From contig OZ237751.1 in the NCBI GenBank assembly GCA_965178125.1, forward strand, positions 372,001 to 436,000: 64,000 bases of DNA, written 5' to 3'. Source of the DNA: Bilabrum cf. latius. Lineage: Eukaryota. The stretch's first letter is position 1; every line of letters begins with the position of its first letter. The position numbers and the translations under genes are program-made. The notes under the pieces were generated by a model. That model saw only the letters and a program-made list of their open reading frames with translations, did no database searches and was not told the DNA's origin. Below are positions 1 through 10,090 of this stretch, one piece after another.

Positions 1-1025
1 CTGTGCCGTTGTTGGTGAGGGGCGCGTTGGGGTGCAGGTGTGGCTGTGCTGGTAGTTGCTGGTCGTGCGGCTGCAGGGGGCCTTGGCTAGGCCGGTGACT
101 GTGCCATTGTTGGTGAGGGGCGCGTTGGGGTGCAGGTGTGGCTGTGCTGGTCGTGCGGCTGCAGGGGGCCTTGGCTAGGCCGGTGACTGTGCCGTTGTTG
201 TTGAGGGGCGCGTTGGGGTGCAGGTGTGGCTGTGCTGGTCGTGCGGCTGCAGGGGGCCTTGGCTAGGCCGGTGACTGTGCCGTTGTTGGTGAGGGGCGCG
301 TTGGGGTGCAGGTGTGGCTGTGCTGGTCGTGTGTCTGCAGGGGGCCTTGGCTAGGCCGGTGACTGTGCCGTTGTCGATGAGGGGCGCGTTGGGGTGCAGG
401 TGTGGCTGTGCTGGTCGTGTGTCTGCAGGGGGCCTTGGCTAGGCCGGTGACTGTGCCGTTGTTGGTGAGGGGCGCGTTGGGGTGCAGGTGTGGCTGTGCT
501 GGTCGTGCGGCTGCAGGGGGCCTTGGCTAGGCCGGTGACTGTGCCATTGTTGGTGAGGGGCGCGTTGGGGTGCAGGTGTGGCTGTGCTGGTCGTGCGGCT
601 GCAGGGGGCCTTGGCTACGCCGGTGACTGTGCCGTTGTCGGTGAGGGGCGCGTTGGGGTGCAGGTGTGGCTGTGCTGGTCGTGCGGCTGCAGGGGGCCTT
701 GGCTAGGCCGGTGACTGTGCCGTTGTTGGTGAGGGGCGCGTTGGGGTGCAGGTGTGGCTGTGCTGGTCGTGTGTCTGCAGGGGGCCTTGGCTAGGCCGGT
801 GACTGTGCCGTTGTCGATGAGGGGCGCGTTGGGGTGCAGGTGTGGCTGTGCTGGTCGTGTGTCTGCAGGGGGCCTTGGCTAGGCCGGTGACTGTGCCGTT
901 GTTGGTGAGGGGCGCGTTGGGGTGCAGGTGTGGCTGTGCTGGTCGTGCGGCTGCAGGGGGCCTTGGCTAGGCCGGTGACTGTGCCGTTGTTGGTGAGGGG
1001 CGCGTTGGGGTGCAGGTGTGGCTGT
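1..1025. repeat. Tandem minisatellite, 88-bp unit, about 11.5 copies, G/T-rich on + strand; runs off the window start
   Basis: Unit ctgtgccgttgttggtgaggggcgcgttggggtgcaggtgtggctgtgctggtcgtgcggctgcagggggccttggctaggccggtga recurs at 88-bp spacing (e.g. 451, 539). The first copy has a 10-nt insertion, and there are few point variants (gtgcgg/gtgtgt, gttggt/gtcgat). Confidence 0.97.
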
Positions 1026-1368
1026 ACTAGGCTTGTGGGTGATGGGTTAGTATTTTTCGTATTTTGGTTGTTTTGGCGTTTGTAAGTATTCATAATCTCG
1101 ACGATAGTTGGTTCGACTTCATCGACTTCGACACTACCGGGAAGCTACTGCTGATACTCAGTTGGGGATCATGTTTGTTTGACCAACTGATTTATTGTGT
1201 CGCTCTATACTTAGCCTACTAGAATGCCACCTTTCTTATAACCTTATCCGATTAGCTTCAAAACATCCCGGATCTTATTCAGTATTCAAGCATGGTATCA
1301 CGGACAGTTGCCTTTGAAAGGTTAAATCTCTAGACCTCAAGGCATAAGTCCAACTCAGGACCCTACTT

Positions 1369-2979
1369 GCCCCATCCAGTCCATCCACCACGCCCCCCTC
1401 ACCCTGCCCTGCCGGCCTCACTGGCCCCATCCAGTCCATCCACCACGCCCCCCTCACCCTGCCCTGCCGGCCTCTCACTGGCCCCATCCAGTCCATCCAC
1501 CACGCCCCCCTCACCCTGCCCTGCCGGCCTCACTGGCCCCATCCAGTCCATCCACCACGCCCCCCTCACCCTGCCCTGCCGGCCTCACTGGTCCCATCCA
1601 GTACATCCGCCACGCCCCCCTCACCCTGCCCTGCCGGCCTCTCACTGGCCCCATCCAGTCCATCCACCACGCCCCCCCCACCCTGCCCTGCCGGCCTCTC
1701 ACTGGCCCCATCCAGTCCATCCACCACGCCCCCCTCACCCTGCCCTGCCGGCCTCTCACTGGCCCCATCCAGTCCATCCACCACGCCCCCCTCACCCTGC
1801 CCTGCCGGCCTCACTGGTCCCATCCAGTCCATCCACCACGCCCCCCTCACCCTGCCCTGCCGGCCTCACTGGTCCCATCCAGTCCATCCGCCACGCCCCC
1901 CTCACCCTGCCCTGCCGGCCTCTCACTGGCCCCATCCAGTCCATCCACCACGCCCCCCCCACCCTGCCCTGCCGGCCTCACTGGCCCCATCCAGTCCATC
2001 CACCACGCCCCCCTCACCCTGCCCTGCCGGCCTCACTGGCCCCATCCAGTCCATCCACCACGCCCCCCTCACCCTGCCCTGCCGGCCTCACTGGCCCCAT
2101 CCAGTCCATCCGCCACGCCCCCCTCACCCTGCCCTGCCGGCCTCTCACTGGCCCCATCCAGTCCATCCACCACGCCCCCCTCACCCTGCCCTGCCGGCCT
2201 CACTGGTCCCATCCAGTCCATCCACCACGCCCCCCTCACCCTGCCCTGCCGGCCTCACTGGCCCCATCCAGTCCATCCACCACGCCCCCCCCACCCTGCC
2301 CTGCCGGCCTCACTGGCCCCATCCAGTCCATCCGCCACGCCCCCCCCACCCTGCCCTGCCGGCCTCACTGGCCCCATCCAGTCCATCCGCCACGCCCCCC
2401 TCACCCTGCCCTGCCGGCCTCTCACTGGCCCCATCCAGTCCATCCACCACGCCCCCCTCACCCTGCCCTGCCGGCCTCTCACTGGCCCCATCCAGTCCAT
2501 CCACCACGCCCCCCTCACCCTGCCCTGCCGGCCTCACTGGTCCCATCCAGTCCATCCGCCACGCCCCCCTCACCCTGCCCTGCCGGCCTCTCACTGGCCC
2601 CATCCAGTCCATCCACCACGCCCCCCTCACCCTGCCCTGCCGGCCTCTCACTGGCCCCATCCAGTCCATCCACCACGCCCCCCTCACCCTGCCCTGCCGG
2701 CCTCACTGGCCCCATCCAGTCCATCCGCCACGCCCCCCTCACCCTGCCCTGCCGGCCTCACTGGCCCCATCCAGTCCATCCACCACGCCCCCCTCACCCT
2801 GCCCTGCCGGCCTCACTGGCCCCATCCAGTCCATCCGCCACGCCCCCCTCACCCTGCCCTGCTGGCCTCTCACTGGCCCCATCCAGTCCATCCACCACGC
2901 CCCCCCCATCCTGTCCTGCCGGCCTCACTGGCCCCATCCAGTCCATCCACCACGCCCCCCTCACCCTGTCCTGCCGGCC
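1369..2979. repeat. Tandem minisatellite, 55/57-bp unit, about 29 copies, C-rich on + strand (G-rich on -)
   Basis: Unit gccccatccagtccatccaccacgcccccctcaccctgccctgccggcct(ct)cactg. The length variants differ by a CT dinucleotide. Confidence 0.97.
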
Positions 2980-3263
2980 CTTGTAGCCCACCTCAATGGC
3001 CATATGTACTGCTCGTTCTAATAATGCACCATAAATTGGCGATTGAATCGTTCTGGGACTTGTTCATGGTTCATTGATGCTCCAAGCGGCCGGCAAGACT
3101 GGGCTGTGCAGCCTGTGCATAACCTGGCTTGAATGAACGTTCCTTATGGTGATGTCTGTCCAACTGGAACTTCACCGGGCGATACAAAGCCATTATTCTC
3201 TTGAACTGCACGTATTGTCTTGCTCAAGATATTGTTAACCATAAGAACCTGTACTGGGGTGCC

Positions 3264-3601
3264 TGATACACGCTTGATACATGACTGATACACAGTGATA
3301 CACTCTTGAAGTGTCAGTAGTGCGAGATTTGAGCGTAATTCCAGCCTACCATCCTATCTATTTTCGCTTTCCAAAGACCAACCCAACTCATAACTTCTAT
3401 GCGAGTCAAAAAATGCATTCATAGGACTGTAACAGCTGGATATCCATAGGATAGGAGTGATACGCGAACCTGTAGAGCTCTCTCGAAGTCACCCTCTTCG
3501 CAAGAGGTATCCCTTTTGGATATGGAAAAACAAACCCCGCAATACGTTATGATACATCATGTTAATATGTGATACGCGAATGGTACACACTGATACGCGA
3601 A
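3264..3601 (+). promoter_or_regulatory. Cluster of TGATAC / TGATACGCGAA motifs upstream of the CstF-64 gene
   Basis: TGATAC at 3264, 3275, 3286, 3296 and 3550; TGATACGCGAA at 3458, 3570 and 3591. All are on the same strand in AT-richer intergenic DNA. Function is inferred only. Confidence 0.4.
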
Positions 3602-3789
3602 AAATTATGCCACCCCGTCGTGGTCGGCAAGAAGTAAAAAATAAAAAAGGTCCTTGTCGATCTCCCGAGTTCAAGAACGGTAGGGCTCCCTTTCGCCGTC
3701 GCAAATCGATTATAGCGTTGACTTATGACGAACCATTAAATCGGATTACGAGCAAAAGGCGTCTGGTGTAGTTTTGAACGCAACCAAAC

Positions 3790-5720
3790 ATGGCACAGTA
3801 CGCACAGTATGGCGGCCCCATGCACGGTAGTATGCCGATGCAGGGCGATGCGGCCCCGAACAGCAGTGGCATGCTTGGGCCACCTGGCCGCGGCGATCCC
3901 AGCACCACTGTTTTTGGTAAGCCGTCTCACAGAAATATCTACTTGTGCGCTACACCGTAACTAGTGATACACACACCCTACTGGATACATATAATTACGC
4001 TCGTTCTGCAGTCGGTAACATTTCCTATGACGTCCCGGTGCCGCAAATCGAAGCTCTCCTCCACGAGGCTGGTACCATTGTGGCTCTCAGGATGAAACAT
4101 GACCCTACCCCAGGGCATCATCACAAAGGATGGGGTTTTTGTACTTATGCGAATCCTATGGAGGCACAGAGAGCTATACAGACGCTGAATGATAGGATCC
4201 TCGGAGGCCGCAATGTCCGCGTGAAGCCTTAGACGGGTGCCAGCCGCGGCGCAGGTGGTGGCATGAACCCGATGCCGCCGAGCCTACCGATGGGCGGCAT
4301 GCAACAACATGGTGGTTACAACATGCAGCCGCAGCAGCAGTCGCAGCACGCCCCCCGGGGGTACGGCGCTCCGCAAGGGGGCCAGGCGCCGATGGCGGGA
4401 GGCAGCGCGCCAGGCACCTTCGCTCTGCAGCCGCTCGGCGGTGGCGCCGCGCTTGGTTCCGCTCGTCCGTCGTACGCACGCGCTGCGCCGATGGCATCCT
4501 CGGCCCAGCCGATGGGGCCGGCCTCCCTTGCCGGCAGCGACCGGCCCATGCTCGCCCCGACCGGAGCAAGTGCCCCGAAGCGAGCACCCGCCATCCTAGG
4601 GGGCGGGCCCCTAGGCCCAGGAGCACAGGGACCCCCCAGGTTGGATGGGCAGAGCGTCGCCCAGCGGCTGGGCGCCTACGAGCTGTGGTGTTCCCTGGGC
4701 GAGGCCCGCGAGGTGGCCCGCCGCGACCCCGCCTCCATGCGCGCCCTGCTGCAGGCCCACCCGGAGCTATGCAAGGCCCTGCTCCTGGGCATGTCGAGGC
4801 TGGGGCTGCTCAGGAAGGAGACGGCGGCGGCGCGGGCAGAGGCCCGGAAGCGCGGGGACGTGGCCATGGACGCGTCCATTATCCACTCCGAGTCCAAGAC
4901 GGAGCAGGGCGCGACTGCGCCCTCGGCTCCCGGCGCAGCTGGCGGCGCGGCGCGAGCCTCCTCTTCATCCTCGTCCTCATCATCGGCCGCAGCCGGTCCA
5001 GCGAGCGGCGGTGCGGGGGCACCGAGTTCGGGCGGGGGCTTGCTTGGCTCTACTCCCGGGATGGGCGGCGCTGGGCTGCTCGGTGCACCTCCAGGGAACA
5101 ACGGGGGCGCGCCGCCGGCAGGCTCAGGTCATCCCCTCCCGGGTGCCCCGCCCATGCCGCACCACCAGCCGCCCTAGCACCAGCACCAGCCACCGCCAGG
5201 CATGCACTACGGAGCGCCCTCCGGCCCGGCGCCCGGCCCGGTCCCCGGCGGGTACGGCGCACCAGGAGCACCCCATGTCCCTCGGCCGGGTGCGTACGGG
5301 GCCCCGCCCCCGGGTCACTACGGGCATGCCCCTGGCGGCCAGGGCCCCATGCAGGGGGGCCCTCAGCCACCCTTGGGGACACCCCCGGCAACGTCAACGT
5401 CGTCAGCGTCGCCGGGTGTTCCGGTGGCGTCGTCGTCGTCAAGTGGCGCTGGCGGAGGGCCGTCCGCGAGTCAGCTGGACGAGGAGATCGTGCTGATGAT
5501 GGACATCCTCAAGATGTCCGACGCAGATCTGGCTGGTTTCGACGAGGAGCAGAGGCAGGGCATGGAGGCGATGAGGAAGGCGCTCATGACCCCCAGCTCG
5601 CAGATCGAGGCCTTCAAGGAGCCGGAGAGATCCGAGGTGCGCGAGATGAAACAGACGCTCATTGGAGCTCTGCAAGGTGCCGGAGTGAATCTTAGCGAGG
5701 TATAGGGACTGCAGATGTGA
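3790..5720 (+). CDS. CSTF2: Cleavage stimulation factor 64 kDa subunit (CstF-64/Rna15), about 611 aa; exons 3790-3916 and 4012-5720; 3 in-frame TAG (4230, 5175, 5703); ends TGA
   Basis: The RRM (TVFVGNISYD...KGWGFCTY) is restored by splicing. Also present: hinge (ARRDPASMRALLQAHPELCKALL), Pro/Gly-rich region and C-terminal CSTF_C-like motif (ILKMSDADLAGFDEEQRQGM). ORF pieces 3945-4232, 4263-5177 and 5202-5705 share one frame and are separated only by TAG. Confidence 0.88.
3917..4011 (+). other. Spliceosomal intron (95 nt, GTAAG...TGCAG)
   Basis: Removal joins TTT G|TC GGT AAC, giving the RNP2 motif VFVGNI. Confidence 0.9.
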
Positions 5721-5897
5721 CTGATTCGTTGTGGATTTCTTTGCCTTTATGCCTGCTGTCGAATTTGTGAAACGACCGCCAAAGGTTCTTGTCAGTTTCT
5801 GCTCCTCCTTCTCGTCGGTCCACAGCAAATACCAAGATTGCAATTGTTCGGAGCAGAATTACCATGAAATTGGCTGTAGCATTGGTACAAATTTGAT

Positions 5898-6784
5898 ATG
5901 ACAATACTGCTCCGCGCTTCAAGGGGGTAGCTACGACTCAGCCGGCTGGCACCGCTGGTCGATGCAGCGTGTGCATTGCGGTTTGCAGGCCTGGATGCGT
6001 GAGGACGGCAAAGGTAGCGCGACATTGCACTCAGCTTCTCTATCAGATATACTTGGTACACAGTGTTTCGAGCGTGCTTTTGTCTCGCAGTGACTGTTCG
6101 ATCTGGTATGCATCGTCGAGGGCAATGGCGGCTTTGAATGAACAGTATAGGGGCAAGACTGGTGCGACCGATGTACTTTCGTTCGGAAACGAATCAATCG
6201 AAAGCTTTGCAGCACTGCGAGGGCGCGGTGAATTTGCGGAGGGGCTTGCACTGGCAGAGAAGCGAGGGGTCACAGACCTAGGAGACGTAGTCTTGTGCAG
6301 AGAGCTGATATCACCGTAGGAGCATTGGACGGAAAACGATAGGCAAGTTTTAGTGCATGGTATGGTGCATCTGCTAGGGTATGATCACGAGAATGTGCCT
6401 GCGGAAGACGTCGTGTCGATGGAGCGGCGCGAAGAGGAACTCTTAAGCCACCTGCAGCAAGTGCTTGGGGTGGCCGGGTCTCTGCCATCAAGGATAAAAG
6501 AGAAAGCGGAGGCCCTCTGCTGGCAAATAGACGCGACAAAAAACCCCAACGATTCCATTTCATCGGGTCTCGATTTGGATGACCCGATAAATTGCCTCGA
6601 TGCTGCTAGGGACAGCGGTGCCGTGCTTCCCCCTCTGGAGTAGATGCAGCAAGTTCTTGGGCTCGGGGAAGATACGTTGGGTGCGAACGAGGGATCCATA
6701 AGGAATGGAAATCCAATGTCGGTGGTCTAGGCTCTTGAGGAGCCAGGCACCCGCTGGGCTATGAACCCTTCTGACCTGTTTTGA
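5898..6784 (+). CDS. ybeY: YbeY-family rRNA maturation endoribonuclease (probably organellar), about 264 aa; exons 5898-5998 and 6091-6784; TAG at 5928, 6317, 6641, 6728; ends TGA
   Basis: LNEQYRGKTGATDVLSF, LGDVVLC, then the Zn-binding HGMVHLLGYDHE motif downstream of the TAG at 6317, in the same frame. Confidence 0.85.
5999..6090 (+). other. Spliceosomal intron (92 nt, GTGAG...CGCAG)
   Basis: Removes an in-frame TGA and restores the frame into DCSIWYASS. Confidence 0.75.
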
Positions 6785-6888
6785 AGCGGCCCTGCATCAT
6801 GGAGATCTCACATGCTCTCGTACAGGCCTCTGCACGTTTTCCTACTTAAAGTTTGAAGCGTCTCTAGCACTGCAGTCCGAAATGCTCC

Positions 6889-9615
6889 TCACACCACGTA
6901 TCCCAGAACGCCTGCATCCGTTCCACCAAACAGGCAGGCTGCATCAACCGAGATGTAGTAGTACCCGTCACCGGCTGCCGTGCCAGAGGCATGGGAGTAG
7001 CTGCCAGCGGCCTGCTGCACCCTGCACTGGCGAAGCACTCGCGGAAAGTGGCCCGTCTATCGAGTGGCAATCACAGCAATCGGCACTTCACTCCCTGGCA
7101 CACCGAGCCCTCCGCATGTCGAGTCCGTGCCGTGCACAAACGGCCCATCGGCGGCAGATACACCAGCGATGGTGCCAGACCCGTCAGTCTGCTACTGCTC
7201 GCACCGGTACAGCACCACCGTGTTCTCTGGCATGTGTTCCCTGACCATCCAGTAGTCCAGGGCGCTGAAGGGGCCCAGGGAGACTTCGCGGTATCTGGCG
7301 CTGTCGTACGCGATCGTCTCGTTCGCACAAAACGTGCCCGTGGGACCGCTCCATGGGTTGCAGCGCTAGACGTATGGGTGGCTTGCCTCTTTCGCGGTGC
7401 TGCGGGGTGCGCCACTTGAGCTGGTGGCACCACCTGTCCAGCGCATCACTTCGCCGAAGTCAGAGGACAGTGCCGTGCTTGTGCCAGGCGTGCCTCTGTC
7501 CATGTACCACACGGGCACAAAGGCCTGGTCTGCTTCCAGGGTGCAGCACAGCTCCCCAGCCACAGTGCAGCTTGCCATGGTGCGGCGAGCGGCAGCAATT
7601 GCGGCAGCAGTTCCAGCAGCAGGCCCAGTTGCAGTAGAACCAATCTGTTCGTCAGTCTACGCAAGCCCCCTCCAGCCTTGCTCTCGCAGATACTGCTGCA
7701 GCCGAAGCACTCGCACGCACGACGCGTACAGCTCGAGGGAGTAGCCCTTGTCCGTCACGCTCGGCTCGAGATTTCGGTTGCGGCCCGCGGTGTACCCGTC
7801 GTTGAAGATTAGGTGCGCGTCGTCATCTCCGAACCGGCCCGCAACGTGCAAGAACGGGTTCTTGTTGGCCCACGTCGACAGATTGTTGGGGCGGATCTGG
7901 TACTCGTTGAAGGACGGCGAGAAGATATTGTCCACAGACCTGGACATCGCGTCGTAGAACTGGAGCTTCATGTGGAGCCCACCGAGCACGCCCGGAGAGC
8001 TAAAGGGCAGGCCCATCGTGGCATCCTCTTTCGATATAGTGTGCTCCGAGCCCAGGGGGGAGTGCTCGGTGCGGTAGTGCCTGCAAGGCTCCTTGTAGTT
8101 GATGCTGGTGGTCCGTTGCACCGGGAACGGGCTGGGTCCCCGATCCGAGTACAGCGATGCATCATCGCCCCGGTTGCCCGTGCCCGTGCTGGTGTTCGTA
8201 CAGGATGACAGGTAGGTCCACGATCCATCGTGCTGCCACCACGATGTGTTCCCCGGGCCGCCCTGAGCCAGCCAGTTGTACACTGGTAGGACGTCGTGCC
8301 GTCCTCCGTTAGCGGCCACTGCTGTAAGCGTGGTGAGGTTGGTGGCCTCTCGTTTATTTGAGATGAAGAAAACCTTCTTTGACGTCATATTTCCTTCCTA
8401 CTCCCTCATCACAATGTCGCTGAAGGTCTCGTTATTGAAGAAACGGTCCAGGTACCACTGCCACAGGTCACATGTACCAGTAAGTCGGTGGAACACTGTC
8501 AGCGACGGCGTCTTTTCTCCCTCCCGCCGCAGCCTGGCGAACTCTTCGAATACCTGGAGCGTCGGACCCTGCTGCCTGACGTCAGTGATCGGATCATCCG
8601 TGACGCACCAGTTGGACGCGTCAAAGGTGAGGGCGTCGATGCCAGCCGCCGAGGCGATGCGGGCGTGCCACCGAATCGCTTGGCGCACCTGCTCCGCGGG
8701 GAAATCCGGGATCGGCACCCCGGCCGGGCGACCGGGCCGGTGCCTCCACAGGCCATAGATCCCGATCTGTGACCTGTCTTGGTACCAGTTGATCTCACCC
8801 TCAGGCCACGGGTAACGCAGCGTTTCGTTCTGCTCGATAACGATCGAGTCCATGGTCAGGGAGCCGTTCGAACGGACGACGTCCTCGGCAGTGTGCACGT
8901 GCGCAGGCCCGAGCACTTTGGAAATGTTTTGCATGATCTGTGCGGTTATCTGGTTGAGGGTCGTGTAGTAGGCCGACACGCGAGGGCGAGGGAGCTCGGC
9001 TCTCACCAGCACGGTCTTATCTGGCAGCGCGATCCTGTTCTCGACCGCCTCCTTCGGAAGCTTTGCGCGTACAAGTATTCCAGTTGGGACGGAGGTATGG
9101 CTGATACCCGCCTGCCGTGCGGCAGGGGGAATGTGGACTGGCCTTGAGCCGGAAGCCTGGATGGCGTACACATTCAGCCGATGGTAGCCCGAAGTCTCGA
9201 AAGGGATGACACCATCGCAAGTAAGCGAGCATCCGAATGTTGAAGTAGACACGTCCACATGTAGATCGGAGCAAGTGTAGACGTGTGCTCCTTCTACTGC
9301 AATTGCGAAGGTCAAACTAGCTAGCCCAGGATCTGTACACGCGCAGCGCGAAGACATCTACACGCGAACAGAGACCCGAGCACCGCTGTCAAAAGCAGGA
9401 GGAGCTCCATCATATAGTGAGTTTGTGGAGTTTTGCACGCCGTATATCTAGAAAGAGCTCTTTGCATCAAGTCCATTTGGATCCATGCATCTGTCTGCTT
9501 GTGGTGCAGCTACGACTGGTGCACCCCACTCAGCAGAAGCTCCACATAGGAAGAGACTAACAGCAAAAATGATGATCATCGCTCCCTTCAAGATAAAACT
9601 CTTAAGTGTGTGCAT
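6889..9615 (-). CDS. Secreted protein with GH99/GH71-like catalytic region and Cys-containing C-terminal module, about 900 aa (start ATG 9615 or 9579); TAG at 9448, 9358, 8398, 7657, 7366, 7192, 7057; ends TGA
   Basis: Signal peptide MIIIFAVSLFLCGASA. IRWHARIASAAGIDALTFD and FSPSFNEY resemble GH99/GH71 TIM-barrel motifs; C-terminal YRC...CGG...GVLGYVV. ORFs 8398-9357, 7657-8388 and 7366-7578 are co-framed. The family call is tentative. Confidence 0.7.
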
Positions 9616-10090
9616 CAGAACATTTTAGGTACAAACACCCGGCACTCCGTGTGATGACGGTACTTTCAAGCAACACATCTTGAGTTCAAAAACCCATGGC
9701 ATGGTATGCACATACAGTTGTAGGCAATTCATGTTTTTGCCTGGTTATACAACGGAAAGGATGCGGACCTTTGCCGTTTGATCCCCAATTGTCCGCTGTT
9801 GCAGTTAGCGCAAGCAATCCTCGATGAATGCTACCGTGGGTGTCCTTTCGTTGCAAAGCTAGAGGGTTGGCCACGGTGGCAAAGTGCGTGTGGAATGGAG
9901 CGAGGAGAACAGCGTGCAACTTCATCGGATCAAGCTCCCCATGATAAAGTCGAAATGAATGGAATATACACCAGACTTCAACCGGTGTGCAAGCCTATCG
10001 TGACTATGATGAACTACGATATCTAAAATTGCCAAAGATTACCACTACGATTCAAATCAAATATACGCCTTGAGGTGTCAGGTGATGCCC

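Noticed and set aside
1-2979. CRISPR array
   Set aside because: Units are contiguous tandem copies with no unique spacers, there are no cas genes, and the context is eukaryotic.
1367-2986. 539-aa Pro/His-rich ORF and its antisense ORFs
   Set aside because: Artefact of the 55/57-bp repeat: unit lengths shift the frame, the start is TTG, and the translation cycles through all three frames.
1026-3789. Suppressor tRNA(CUA), other RNA gene or transposon in the intergenic DNA
   Set aside because: I could not see a cloverleaf, A/B boxes, terminal inverted repeats or a transposase by eye; tRNAscan-SE/Infernal would be needed to exclude them.
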